Source of the DNA: Patescibacteria group bacterium | GTDB taxonomy: Bacteria > Patescibacteriota > Doudnabacteria > UBA920 | NCBI GenBank assembly: GCA_023487095.1 | Contig: JAMDEL010000057.1 | Location: forward strand, 1-39,252 | DNA: 39,252 bases | Direction: 5' to 3' | Part shown: one piece after another, positions 23,540-32,501 of the stretch | How positions within the stretch are numbered: position 1 is the first letter of the stretch | How the letters are laid out: each line of letters opens with the position of its first letter | Notes under the pieces: generated by a model | Told to the model about the DNA's origin: nothing | Seen by the model: the letters and a program-made list of their open reading frames with translations, nothing else | Databases searched by the model: none | Translations under genes and position numbers: made by a program

Positions 23540-24076
23540 ATGAGATTTATAAAAGACCTGCTTTTTTTTGATGTCAACGCCACTGGTGCGGATACCGATA
23601 AAGACAGCGTTGTTCAGCTTTCTGCAATCTTGGTGGATAAGAATAATCTGTTGGAAAAAGACTATTTTAATGCCTATATCAGGGTAAGTTACCTGGACAG
23701 CGTGATTTTTGAGCATGCCAAACTTTTGGGCATAGAAGCCGAGGTCTTGCGTAAAAGCCCCAAAGTTTTTGATGCCGTAAAACAATTCCGTGCGAAATTT
23801 GGCGACCGTGCCATGCTGGCGACTCATAACGTAGCCAATTTGATGTTTTTGAAATCCAGCTTCAAAAAAGCCGGGCTCCCGTTTGATTTTGACCCGCACG
23901 TCGTGGAGCTTTGGACTTTGGGTTATGTTTATGCCTTAAATTATGGTTTGAAGAAAATGCCCAGCTTTGCGACATTTTTGGATTATTTTAAGCTTAAAGT
24001 GAAGAACCCGGCTGACGCCTTGGAAAGAACCCGCTTAGAGGTAGAAATTTTTAAAAAAATCATTAAGGAAGCCTAA
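23540..24076 (+). CDS. DnaQ-fold exonuclease-like protein with degenerate catalytic motifs (probable pseudo-enzyme)
   Basis: 178 aa, paralogous in layout to the next gene. Exo I reads FFDVNATG (D-x-N, not D-x-E). Exo II region is THNVANLMFL (no Asp). Exo III region is NPADALERT (no His). Confidence 0.55.
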   Translation: MRFIKDLLFFDVNATGADTDKDSVVQLSAILVDKNNLLEKDYFNAYIRVSYLDSVIFEHAKLLGIEAEVLRKSPKVFDAVKQFRAKFGDRAMLATHNVANLMFLKSSFKKAGLPFDFDPHVVELWTLGYVYALNYGLKKMPSFATFLDYFKLKVKNPADALERTRLEVEIFKKIIKEA

Positions 24077-24079
24077 ACC

Positions 24080-24643
24080 ATGGATTTCAAAAAGGATTTG
24101 TTGATTGTAGACACGGAATTGACCGGCCTGGACGCGGAGAAGCATGAGATTATCCAGCTCGCGGGCATCTTACTTGACCGGAAGACCCTGAAAGAAAAGG
24201 CCAGCTTTGCCAGCTATGTTAGGCCGGTAAAGTGGTCCAACCGCGACCCCGAAGCCATGAAGGTCAACAAGCTTGAGTTTGTCCGCCTTAAAAATGCCCC
24301 CGTCTTAAAAAAGGTTATCCGGGATTTCGCAAAAAAATTCCACCCCGAAAAGGTTTTGCTTACGGCCTACGTCGGCTGGGTGGACAAGCGGTTTTTACTG
24401 AAGGCCTTTGAAAAAACCGGAACAAAATGGGCTTACGATTATCACTATATGGATATTTGGTCTTTGGCTTATGTGAGCCTGGCTAAGAAAGGCCAGCTTA
24501 AGAATGCGAAAGAATTTGCGGGCTTCAATATGGAAAACCTTTTGAAAAAATACAACATCAGCCTCCCGGGCAGTCACCACGACGCTCTTTTTGATTGCCG
24601 TGCCGAAGCGGAAATATTAAGGCAAGTAACCAAGCAGCTCTAG
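24080..24643 (+). CDS. DEDDh-type 3'-5' exonuclease
   Basis: 187 aa. Exo I is IVDTELTG, Exo II region is VGWVDKRFL and Exo III is HHDALFDCRAEAEIL. Confidence 0.7.
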   Translation: MDFKKDLLIVDTELTGLDAEKHEIIQLAGILLDRKTLKEKASFASYVRPVKWSNRDPEAMKVNKLEFVRLKNAPVLKKVIRDFAKKFHPEKVLLTAYVGWVDKRFLLKAFEKTGTKWAYDYHYMDIWSLAYVSLAKKGQLKNAKEFAGFNMENLLKKYNISLPGSHHDALFDCRAEAEILRQVTKQL

Positions 24644-24645
24644 CC

Positions 24646-25572
24646 ATGAAAATAGTATTTTTTGGCACTTCCAACGTTGCTTTGCCTGTCTTGGAAACTC
24701 TATACCAGCACCATGACATAGCGGCTGTAGTTACCTCCCCCGATGCTGCCACAGGCAGGAAGCAGACCTTTTCGGAATCGCCGGTCTCTGTTCTGGCCAA
24801 GGAGATGGACTTGGAACTTTTAAAGCCCCAGAAAGTAAAAGGCAATTTGGAATTTATAAACCAGCTTAAAAACTATCGCGCTGATATTTTTGTAGTCGTC
24901 TCTTACGGCAAGATTCTGCCTTTGGAGGTCATAAATCTTCCACCCCACAAAACCCTGAACGTGCATTTTTCACTTTTGCCTAAATACCGCGGCGCTTCGC
25001 CTATCCAAGGCGCTTTGCTAAGGGGCGAAAATCAGACTGGGACCAGCATTTTTGTGCTGGATGAAAAAATGGATACCGGGCCTATAGTTGTCCAGAAAAG
25101 TTTTCCTATTGATCCGGACGACAACTTCATTACGCTCTCGCAGAAATTGGCAACTTTTTCCGCCAAGCTGCTGCTGGATGCGTTGCCCGGATATGCTTCA
25201 GGCGATATTATTCCCCTGACCCAAGATGATTCCCTGGCGACTTATACTAAGGTAATCGGGAAGCAGGACGGCCTGGTTAACTGGCAAAATTCCGCTTTTC
25301 AGATTTATAACCAATTCAGGGCCTATTACCCCTGGCCTGGCGTTTGGACTGAGTGGAACGGCAAAAAATTGAAAATTCTGGATTGTCAGCCCATGGAAGC
25401 CAAGTCCCCTGCTTTAGAACCGGGAACTGTCCAAAAAGACGGTTTGGCCAGTTGCGGCCAAAACACCATCCTGAAGCTCGGTATTGTCCAACTAGAAGGT
25501 AAAAATCAAACAAGCGTTAAGGATTTTTTAAACGGCTACCCCCAGTTTACAGGCAGCCTTTTGGGTAAATAA
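24646..25572 (+). CDS. fmt: methionyl-tRNA formyltransferase
   Basis: 308 aa from ATG 24646 (MKIVFFGTSNVALPVLE). HFSLLPKYRGASPIQ motif. The track start 24595 overlaps the previous gene and was trimmed. Confidence 0.93.
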   Translation: MKIVFFGTSNVALPVLETLYQHHDIAAVVTSPDAATGRKQTFSESPVSVLAKEMDLELLKPQKVKGNLEFINQLKNYRADIFVVVSYGKILPLEVINLPPHKTLNVHFSLLPKYRGASPIQGALLRGENQTGTSIFVLDEKMDTGPIVVQKSFPIDPDDNFITLSQKLATFSAKLLLDALPGYASGDIIPLTQDDSLATYTKVIGKQDGLVNWQNSAFQIYNQFRAYYPWPGVWTEWNGKKLKILDCQPMEAKSPALEPGTVQKDGLASCGQNTILKLGIVQLEGKNQTSVKDFLNGYPQFTGSLLGK

Positions 25573-25582
25573 GCAGTTTTTT

Positions 25583-25617
25583 AAATAACCACCCGCTGGA
25601 GGGTGGTTATTTTTTTA
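25583..25617. terminator. bidirectional intrinsic terminator between convergent fmt and the SpoU-family gene
   Basis: 12-bp perfect stem AAATAACCACCC / GGGTGGTTATTT with a T-run after it. The 3' arm overlaps the SpoU-family stop codon. Confidence 0.75.
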
Positions 25618-26191
25618 ACCAGTTTTTTTGTAATTGCAGCCTGTGTGTTTTTGGTAGCAGGAAGTCCGCGGGGTGTTTTTGCCTTTGGCGCGAAAGCTCA
25701 AAGAGGCAGATAGCGGCCGAAACTGAGAGGTTCAAGCTTTGGACAAAACCCCCCATGGGTATATAGATTTTTTTATCAGCCATGTTTACGGCCTTTTTTG
25801 AAAGGCCGCTGTGCTCATTGCCGAAAAGCAAGGCAATTTTGGGTTTTGGAAAATGGGTTTTGAAAAGCGACCCGGCCCCTTTATCCAGCACGGTGGCGTA
25901 GGTGGCATAGCCTTGTTTTTTTAAATCCTTGAGGCATTTTTCAGTGGAGTCAAACATTTGGAAATCCAGCCATTTGTTGGCCGAAGAAGAAGTGGCTTTG
26001 CCGATTTTTCGCGGATTAAATTTTTTTTGCTTTTCAAAAATAAAATAAACTTTCTGAAAGCCGAAAGCCTCGCAGGTTCTAAGCACCGCTGCAGCGTTGT
26101 GCGGGTCGTGAATGTCTTCCAACACCACAACGCCTTCCTGCCTTTGGAAAGCAACGTGCCTGATGCGTTCAGTTCGGTTTTTGGTGGGCAC
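25607..26191 (-). CDS. SpoU/TrmH-family RNA 2'-O-methyltransferase
   Basis: 194 aa. Motifs LLFGNEHSGLS and IPMGGFVQSLNLSVSAAI. Confidence 0.85.
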   Translation of the reverse strand: MPTKNRTERIRHVAFQRQEGVVVLEDIHDPHNAAAVLRTCEAFGFQKVYFIFEKQKKFNPRKIGKATSSSANKWLDFQMFDSTEKCLKDLKKQGYATYATVLDKGAGSLFKTHFPKPKIALLFGNEHSGLSKKAVNMADKKIYIPMGGFVQSLNLSVSAAICLFELSRQRQKHPADFLLPKTHRLQLQKNWLKK

Positions 26192-26196
26192 AGCCG

Positions 26197-27057
26197 TTAT
26201 TTTAGGTATTTAAATTTGTTACCAACATGTTCCTCAAATGTTTTTGAAAACACCGGCTCTCCGGAAGGCTGTTTGTGCAGGAAAAAGTAATACCCGGTCT
26301 GGTTGGGGTAGAGCGCTGCCATAAGCGAGGAAAGCGAGGGGTTGCAGATGGGCCCCGGGGGCAGACCTTTGTTCAGGTAGGTGTTATAAGCAGATACGGT
26401 TTTAAGTTCCGCTTGTGTGGGCGTGGGGTTGTTTTTGCCCGTGGCATAGTTTATCGTGGCGTCGCTTTCCAGCGGCATGCCCGCTTTCATCCGGTTGTAG
26501 AATACGCTGGCCACGTTTTGCCTCTCATCCTGGAGCGCTTGCTTTTGTTCAGGGGTAACCACATTCCTGCCTGTTTCTTTTTCAATTATGGACGCCAAAG
26601 TCAGAATTTGGTATACGGTATAGCCTTGGGTTTTGGCCCGCGCGGCCATTTCAGTGGTAAATTTGTCCTGAAAATTTTCCAAAGCTTTCTTCAGCAAATC
26701 CCTGGCAAATTTTTCATCAGTTTGGTTTTTTGGCTTGTAAACGCGGTAAGTGTCCGGAAAAATATAGCCCTCAAGGGAAGCTTTGGCTGGTTTTGACGAC
26801 AGTAAAGGATAGCTGTCTGTGTTTATGGCCTTAAGGGTTTTATACAAGGTTGCGGAGTTTATTACCCCTTTTTGTTCTAAATCTTCGGCCAGGTCGGAAA
26901 TTTGCCAGCCTTCTATTATGGTAACGCTGATTTCCGGAGTTTTTATTGGGGTGGTTTTGGGTTTTTTGCTTTCGCGTGACGCTAAAAACGCCTTGGCCGA
27001 AAAAAGGCTCAAGGCAAAAAGAATGACGAGGAAAAAGAACAGATTTTTTTTAGACAT
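26197..27057 (-). CDS. mltG: endolytic murein transglycosylase MltG (YceG family)
   Basis: Start set at ATG 27057 (MSKKNLFFFLVILFALSLF, TM anchor). Motifs LASIIEKETG and VFYNRMKAGMPLESDATINYA. Confidence 0.88.
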   Translation of the reverse strand: MSKKNLFFFLVILFALSLFSAKAFLASRESKKPKTTPIKTPEISVTIIEGWQISDLAEDLEQKGVINSATLYKTLKAINTDSYPLLSSKPAKASLEGYIFPDTYRVYKPKNQTDEKFARDLLKKALENFQDKFTTEMAARAKTQGYTVYQILTLASIIEKETGRNVVTPEQKQALQDERQNVASVFYNRMKAGMPLESDATINYATGKNNPTPTQAELKTVSAYNTYLNKGLPPGPICNPSLSSLMAALYPNQTGYYFFLHKQPSGEPVFSKTFEEHVGNKFKYLK

Positions 27058-27064
27058 TGGCGAT

Positions 27065-27505
27065 TTATTCTCCCAGGATTTGGATATGCACCTGGCGGCT
27101 TCTGCCCCCGTCCAGTTCCACAAACATCACGCTTTGCATTTTCCCGATTTGCAGGCCAGCGTCTTTGACGATTAGGTTTTCCGAGCTGCCTAAGAGAAAA
27201 GCTTTAACGTGGGCATGGCCGTTGCTGCGCTCGTTGGGGGAAACCGTTTGGCGCATTTCAAACAAATCATGGCTATAGCTGACATCCATGGGCACAAGAT
27301 GGTAAAGAGTCCTCATAATATCCTGGATAAGCAAAGGCTCGTTGTGGTTTAGCCTGATTGCGGCCGTGGTGTGAGGGCAAAAAACTGTAATGGAGCCGTT
27401 TTTGACCCCGCTCTCCGAAAGCGCTTTGCGGACTTCGGGCGTTATGTCTATTAGCTCAAACTGTTTTTTAGTTGAGAGTTCCAGGGTTTTGCTTATATGC
27501 CTCAT
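27065..27505 (-). CDS. YjbQ/UPF0047 family protein (secondary thiamine-phosphate synthase family)
   Basis: 146 aa. Motifs CPHTTAAIRLNHNEP and GHAHVKAFLLG. Confidence 0.85.
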   Translation of the reverse strand: MRHISKTLELSTKKQFELIDITPEVRKALSESGVKNGSITVFCPHTTAAIRLNHNEPLLIQDIMRTLYHLVPMDVSYSHDLFEMRQTVSPNERSNGHAHVKAFLLGSSENLIVKDAGLQIGKMQSVMFVELDGGRSRQVHIQILGE

Positions 27506-27560
27506 GGTTTTGGTTTTTAATCGTGAAAACCTAAGCTAATTATAACACACAGCCGTGGCC

Positions 27561-27600
27561 AATAAAAAAACCCCTGCCGCCAGGGGCGGACAGGGGTTTT
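27561..27600 (-). terminator. intrinsic terminator downstream of hup
   Basis: Long hairpin AAAACCCCTG-CCGCC-AGG-GGCGG-A-CAGGGGTTTT. The minus strand continues with T7. Confidence 0.75.
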
Positions 27601-27610
27601 AAATTGCAAA

Positions 27611-27883
27611 TTACAGGATGGAATCCTTTGCCTGCTTGGCAATGCGGAATTTAACGACGGTCTTGGCCGGGATGGAGATCGTGGCACCCGTTGCTGGGTT
27701 GCGGCCCATTCTGGCGGCGCGCTGCTTTTTTTGGAGCTTGCCCAAGCCCGGGATTACGAATTCGCCTTCCTTTTTGGTTACGGAGTAGGCCATGTCGACC
27801 ATGGCTTGCATAAATTCGCCGACTTCCTTCTTGGATTTACCAAGTTTGTCAGCCAAGGCTTGCATGAGCTCTGATTTTGTCAT
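27611..27883 (-). CDS. hup: HU-family DNA-binding protein
   Basis: 90 aa. MTKSELMQALA... and the arm motif RMGRNPATGATISIPA. Confidence 0.93.
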   Translation of the reverse strand: MTKSELMQALADKLGKSKKEVGEFMQAMVDMAYSVTKKEGEFVIPGLGKLQKKQRAARMGRNPATGATISIPAKTVVKFRIAKQAKDSIL

Positions 27884-28069
27884 ATGTGTTTCCCTTGTTT
27901 TCCCTTATTCCATCGGAATTTCGGGAAAGTATTAAAAGCTTTTTAATTGTTAGCTTTATAAAGTAATAATAACAAAAACCCCAATAAAATCAAGCATTTT
28001 TTAATTCTGGTCAAGGGTTTTGTCCAAAAAAGCCTTGGGAATTATAAGGTTTTACTTTTTATGGCTTAT

Positions 28070-29110
28070 TTAAGGCAAAATTAGCATACCATCACCAAAA
28101 GAAAAAAACCTGAATTTTTGCCTAATAGCCTGCTGGTAAAGCTTTTTAAGCCGAGTTTTCCCCGTATATGCGGCGACGAGCATCATGAGGCTGGATTTCG
28201 GGACATGGAAATTGGTAACCATTCCATCAATAAAATTGAACCTGTAGCCCGTCCGGATAAACAAGTTCGTGTCGCCTTGGAGCCTGGACAATTCATTTTG
28301 GCCCAGCGATGCTGATTCCAAAGTTCTTATAACCGTGGTGCCAACTGCGATAATCGGTCTCCCTTGCCTTTTTGCCTGGTTAAGGAAGCCGGCTGTGGTA
28401 GGGTCTATTTCGTAGGTTTCCGTGTGTAACTTGCCAGTTTGCAGGTTGTCCGCGGTAAGCGGCGCAAAAGTTCCCAGGCCCACGTTGAGGTTTATAAATT
28501 TAATGCCAATCCCCTGTTTTTTTAAAGCCTTGAGCAGTTGTTTAGTAAAATGTAGGGAAGCGGTGGGTGCGGCAACGGAAATGCCTTTCCGGGCAAAAAC
28601 CGTTTGGTACTCCTCGCGCTTTTGTTTTTCGTTTAAAGGAGAACTTTTTATATATGGAGGCAAAGGCATGCTGCCCGACTTTTTCAACAAAGGCAAAATT
28701 CCCGAAAGGCTGAACGAGGGCTTGAGAAAGTAAAAATGTTCGGTTTTTGCTTCAACCCGCAGGCTTTTGCGGCTGCCGGGGATTTTTAAAGTTTCGCCGA
28801 TTTTTATTTTCCTGTTTGCCAAGGCTTTAATCAAATTTTGATCCTGGCTGACATAGAGTATTTCCACTTTGCCGCCCGTGCTTTTGGTTAACTTGAGCCG
28901 GGCCGGTATGACCCGGGTTTGGTTGAATACAAGCACTGAGTTTTTGGGCAAGTATTTGCCAATATGCGCAAAAGTGTCCAGAAAAACCTGGTGTTGCTTT
29001 CGCCCGTAAACTAAAAGCCGGGCCTGTTCCCTGGGCCGGGCCGGTTTTTGGGCGATTAGTTCTTTGGGCAAACTGTAGTCGTAGCTTTTTAGCTCCTGTT
29101 CAAGAGACAT
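28070..29110 (-). CDS. queA: S-adenosylmethionine:tRNA ribosyltransferase-isomerase
   Basis: Start set at ATG 29110 (MSLEQELKSYDYSLPKELIAQKPARPR). LPPYIKS motif and QueA-like C-terminus. Confidence 0.9.
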   Translation of the reverse strand: MSLEQELKSYDYSLPKELIAQKPARPREQARLLVYGRKQHQVFLDTFAHIGKYLPKNSVLVFNQTRVIPARLKLTKSTGGKVEILYVSQDQNLIKALANRKIKIGETLKIPGSRKSLRVEAKTEHFYFLKPSFSLSGILPLLKKSGSMPLPPYIKSSPLNEKQKREEYQTVFARKGISVAAPTASLHFTKQLLKALKKQGIGIKFINLNVGLGTFAPLTADNLQTGKLHTETYEIDPTTAGFLNQAKRQGRPIIAVGTTVIRTLESASLGQNELSRLQGDTNLFIRTGYRFNFIDGMVTNFHVPKSSLMMLVAAYTGKTRLKKLYQQAIRQKFRFFSFGDGMLILP

Positions 29111-30023
29111 TGAGTTTGTTGTGCCTAAGGGATTTCCAGTAGAAAAAACCAACTACGGCAAAAGTGGTCACGGGCGAAACCCAGGAAGGAATCTCGTGGC
29201 CAAAGGCATCAACCAGCATAATGCCGCCCAGAAACAGTATGGAGTACATGGCGCCATTTTTGATAAAAACGTATTTTTTAATCCGGTCAATGTTGTGGAT
29301 GGTAAATTCTCTAACCACCAGGGCGCCTAGGGAGTTGCCGATAAGGATGAGCGGTACGGACAGGGTAAAGGCAAACGCCCCCAAAACCCCGTCTATGGAA
29401 AAGGTCATATCAATAACTTCCAAATACAAAATTTTACTGATGTCCGAAAGGTTGCCGCCTTTAAGCAAGTCTTCTTCTTTTTTGGCCGCGTTTTCCTTAA
29501 AGCCGTGGGTAATGAAAAAGGCCGTAGAACCGATGACTGCCGCAAAGCCCAGGTAAGGGTTGATTTTTAAGGCCTGCCAAACAATCAGCGAAAGCAAGAC
29601 CGAGACTACGGCATAAAACCAAACTCCCTGCGAGTGGAAAAATTTCTCCCCTTTGAGGCCGTAATTTTTAGGCTCCAGAAACAGCCAATGGAAAAACAGG
29701 AAGACCAAAAATACCCCGCCGGCCATAAGCAGCAAGGGCGCGGAGGCGTGCACGGCCGCAAGCACGCGCGGATCTGAGGAAAATGCCGCGGTGACCGCCT
29801 GCCAGGGCCCCAGGCCCGGCGTGGCCAGCCAAACTATCAGCCATGGCAGGAGTCCGCGGACTACAAAGACCGCAAAAAACATGCCCCAGACCAGAAACCA
29901 GCGCCGGGCTTTTTTACCCATAGTTGAAAGCACTTCCGCATTGATAATGGCATTATCAATGGAGGAAATGGTCTCAAATAGGCACAGGCCGATAACAATG
30001 AGTGCTAGAGAAAAGAGTGACAT
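29100..30023 (-). CDS. TerC/DUF475-family integral membrane protein
   Basis: 307 aa, multi-TM. N-terminal FETISSIDNAIINAEVL motif. Confidence 0.7.
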   Translation of the reverse strand: MSLFSLALIVIGLCLFETISSIDNAIINAEVLSTMGKKARRWFLVWGMFFAVFVVRGLLPWLIVWLATPGLGPWQAVTAAFSSDPRVLAAVHASAPLLLMAGGVFLVFLFFHWLFLEPKNYGLKGEKFFHSQGVWFYAVVSVLLSLIVWQALKINPYLGFAAVIGSTAFFITHGFKENAAKKEEDLLKGGNLSDISKILYLEVIDMTFSIDGVLGAFAFTLSVPLILIGNSLGALVVREFTIHNIDRIKKYVFIKNGAMYSILFLGGIMLVDAFGHEIPSWVSPVTTFAVVGFFYWKSLRHNKLNVS

Positions 30024-30031
30024 TTGCGTAA

Positions 30032-30040
30032 ATTATAGCA
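30032..30040 (-). promoter_or_regulatory. extended -10 box abutting the start of the TerC/DUF475 gene (leaderless mRNA candidate)
   Basis: Minus strand reads TGCTATAAT, then 8 nt, then ATG 30023. Confidence 0.45.
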
Positions 30041-30067
30041 AAGAATGCGGAGAAGTTAAACCACCTG

Positions 30068-30115
30068 TTTTTAAAAATGAAGGCCGGCCCGCGAGTACCT
30101 TTTCGCGGGCCGGCC
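30068..30115 (-). terminator. strong intrinsic terminator of the orphan cassette
   Basis: 13-bp perfect GC-rich stem GGCCGGCCCGCGA / TCGCGGGCCGGCC (30082-30094 with 30103-30115). The minus strand continues TTCATTTTTAA. Confidence 0.7.
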
Positions 30116-30125
30116 GGTTGTGCGC

Positions 30126-30533
30126 TTACGCTGCCACGGGAATGGTGGCGTAAGCGCGTGAATGGAGAACTGGTTTAGGGTGCCTGAGGCAGGCATGAAC
30201 TTCTTGGAGCCGCGGCAGGACATCCACCCGTTGCCCGTCGGTGAGATGGGCGAGGTTGATGTTGGTGTAAGGGTTTCGTGCCGCGAAACCGTAAGCGCAG
30301 CCTTGGACCACAGGCATTCTAATAAATTGGGTCAGAGCGTAAGCCCCGAGGCCGTAGTGCGCCGAAAGGCGGACAAGCCGGGCGTAGCGGCCGACTTGGA
30401 GCTCGACAACAGTGTCAGGGTCGCAGGGGTCAACGAGACCTTTTGCGCCTGTAGGAAAGCTGCGTACGACAAGGGTTTCGCCCCCGTCAGAAACGAGCCG
30501 GGTGTGGTGCCCTTTCAAAGACGGATGGTACAT
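30126..30533 (-). CDS. orphan hypothetical protein in a GC-rich island
   Basis: 135 aa. The minus-strand orientation is supported by its own promoter, SD region and terminators. Third codon positions are C-rich. No motif recognised. A mirror ORF exists on the plus strand. Confidence 0.5.
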   Translation of the reverse strand: MYHPSLKGHHTRLVSDGGETLVVRSFPTGAKGLVDPCDPDTVVELQVGRYARLVRLSAHYGLGAYALTQFIRMPVVQGCAYGFAARNPYTNINLAHLTDGQRVDVLPRLQEVHACLRHPKPVLHSRAYATIPVAA

Positions 30534-30582
30534 ACCAGTAATTTACTCCGTCATTCACACCTCCTTAAGGTAGAATACGGGA

Positions 30583-30611
30583 ATTATAGGTAAACCCTGG
30601 TTTTTGCGCAA
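30583..30611 (-). promoter_or_regulatory. sigma70-like promoter of the orphan cassette
   Basis: Minus strand reads TTGCGC (30611-30606), 17-nt spacer, TATAAT (30588-30583). Confidence 0.5.
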
Positions 30612-30612
30612 G

Positions 30613-30642
30613 CAATGGAAAACCCGCCTTTTCGGGCGGGTT
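30613..30642 (-). terminator. terminator-like hairpin at the end of rarA
   Basis: AACCCGCC-TTTTCG-GGCGGGTT (30621-30642). Overlaps the rarA stop codon. The minus strand continues TTCCATTGC. Confidence 0.55.
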
Positions 30643-31771
30643 ATTTCAGATATTTCTTGTTTTTTAGCTTGTCGGGGAGATAGCTTTCTTTGTCGTACTT
30701 TTCATAGCCTTTGCCGTAATCCAGCTCCTTCATTAGTTTGGTCGGGGCGTTGCGGATTTTCAAAGGCACGGGCAGGTTGCCGAATTTTTTAACGTCATCC
30801 AAAGCGGCAAAGAGCGCGTCGTAGGCGGAGCGGTTCTTTTTAGAATTCGCAAGATAGGCCACGCCGTGCGCCAGGTTAATGGCGCATTCCGGATAACCGA
30901 TGGTCTCGCAGGCCCGAAAAACTTCGTTGGCCACCACCAGGGCTGTAGGCTGCGCCAGGCCAACATCTTCGCTGGCGAAGATGACCATCCTTCTGGCAAT
31001 GAACTTGGGGTCCTCCCCCGCCTCTACCATGCGAGCCAAATAATAAATGGCCGCATCAGCTTGTCCGGCCCGCATGGACTTTATGAACGCCGAGATGGTG
31101 TTGTAATGCTCCTCGCCAGCCTTGTCGTACCGCAAAGTGCTGGACTGCAGGGTGTTTTTTAGACTCTCCACCGTAATTTTGTCGTAAAGCTTGAGCGTGT
31201 TCTCCAGCATGGTGATGGCCTGCCTGGCATCGCCGTTAGCCATTTTAATAAGCCATTCTTTGGCTTTTTTGTCTGCCTTGATTTTAGTCTGGGCAATTAT
31301 TTCGCTCATTTCTTTTTCGCCAAGTTCGTTCAAAGTGAAAACCCGGCAGCGCGAAAGCAGGGCCGGGATGACTTCAAAAGAGGGGTTTTCCGTGGTTGCG
31401 CCAATGAGGTAAAGTTTGCCGGTTTCCACGGAAGGCAGTAGAAAGTCCTGCTGGGCTTTGTTGAAGCGGTGGATTTCGTCCAGGAACAGAATTTTGGGCC
31501 GACCCAAGAGCGGCGGTATCTCCACGATTTTTCGGATATCATCCTTGCCAGCAGAAACGGCGGAAAGCTCAAAAAATTCCGCGTTGACCGCTTTTGCGTA
31601 AATGCGGGCCAGCGTGGTCTTGCCCACGCCCGGCGGCCCCCAAAAAATAAAACTGAACAAATGCTTTTGCTCAATGGCAATCCTTAACGGCTTGCCTTCC
31701 CCCACCAGATGTTCCTGGCCTACGAATTGCTCAGGCGATTGGGGCCGGATTTTGTTGGCTAAAGGTTCCAT
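30641..31771 (-). CDS. rarA: replication-associated recombination protein A (MgsA/RarA AAA+ ATPase)
   Basis: Start set at ATG 31771 ([22 protein letters not shown]). Walker [18 protein letters not shown] and MgsA-type C-terminal domain. Confidence 0.9.
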   Translation of the reverse strand: MEPLANKIRPQSPEQFVGQEHLVGEGKPLRIAIEQKHLFSFIFWGPPGVGKTTLARIYAKAVNAEFFELSAVSAGKDDIRKIVEIPPLLGRPKILFLDEIHRFNKAQQDFLLPSVETGKLYLIGATTENPSFEVIPALLSRCRVFTLNELGEKEMSEIIAQTKIKADKKAKEWLIKMANGDARQAITMLENTLKLYDKITVESLKNTLQSSTLRYDKAGEEHYNTISAFIKSMRAGQADAAIYYLARMVEAGEDPKFIARRMVIFASEDVGLAQPTALVVANEVFRACETIGYPECAINLAHGVAYLANSKKNRSAYDALFAALDDVKKFGNLPVPLKIRNAPTKLMKELDYGKGYEKYDKESYLPDKLKNKKYLK

Positions 31772-31781
31772 ATTTACTGGA

Positions 31782-32501
31782 TTAAGGTATATCAAGCGGC
31801 AGCTGCTTTGGCCCCCGCTTGTCAAAAGCATAATGTTTTACCAGCAGGATTATGACCCAAGCGGAAAAAATAATTAAAATCCATTTTAGGCCAATTAGCT
31901 GGAGCGCCTTCGCGCCCAAACTCGCGACCAGCGTTCCCCAAAACGCGTTCCAGATGATTATGCCGGCGGCGGAATGCAAGGAAAATTTTACCAAAGGTAC
32001 CTGGAGTATGCCGGCGGCCGTTGCGGTTATGGAAGCGAGGTTCGGTTCCCAGTACGAAAATATCACTGCGCTCAGCTCGTGTTTTTGAAGCTTGTCTTGC
32101 GCTTTGTCCAAAGATTTTTTGAGGCCGAACTTCAGAAAGAGCTTATACCAACCATATCGGCCGATGAGATAATCAATGCTGTAGCCGATCAAGAAAGCCA
32201 GAGAAACCACCGCTACAACCTGAATGATTTTCGGGATGTCGTGCCCGGCGGCTATTACGCCTAAAAAAATCACCAGGCCACCCGGGTAATACTGCCCCAA
32301 AATTAGCGTGCCTTCCAAAATAGCACTCACGAAGACGACCCATAAACCGAAATGGTCAAACCAATTTTTGGTTGTCTCAATCAGTACATCTTCCTTCGGC
32401 AGCCCCAGCGCACGCCAAAGCAGCAAGACAAAAAGATACGCAGCCAGCAGGGCCAATGGCGCACTTAAAATTTTAATGACGTTTTTTATACGCTGCTTCA
32501 T
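31782..32501 (-). CDS. DedA/SNARE-associated family membrane protein
   Basis: 239 aa, multi-TM. LEGTLILGQYYPGG motif. Confidence 0.72.
   Translation of the reverse strand: MKQRIKNVIKILSAPLALLAAYLFVLLLWRALGLPKEDVLIETTKNWFDHFGLWVVFVSAILEGTLILGQYYPGGLVIFLGVIAAGHDIPKIIQVVAVVSLAFLIGYSIDYLIGRYGWYKLFLKFGLKKSLDKAQDKLQKHELSAVIFSYWEPNLASITATAAGILQVPLVKFSLHSAAGIIIWNAFWGTLVASLGAKALQLIGLKWILIIFSAWVIILLVKHYAFDKRGPKQLPLDIP

Noticed and set aside
24595-24645. N-terminal extensions proposed by the ORF track for fmt (24595), mltG (27123), queA (29152), rarA (31831), the desulfurase (15451) and the hypothetical at 6571
   Set aside because: The extensions overlap the upstream gene or a non-coding structure. 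Each precedes an internal ATG that yields the canonical family N-terminus, so the starts were trimmed.
30024-30125. yybP-ykoY (Mn2+) riboswitch upstream of the TerC/DUF475-family gene
   Set aside because: The space is occupied by the orphan-cassette terminator. A TGCTATAAT box lies only 8 nt from the ATG, leaving no room for a riboswitch aptamer.
30162-30593. 143-aa plus-strand ORF mirroring the orphan gene
   Set aside because: It has no promoter, SD or terminator in that orientation. It runs across the minus-strand promoter and SD region. Antisense open frames are expected in a GC-rich coding segment.
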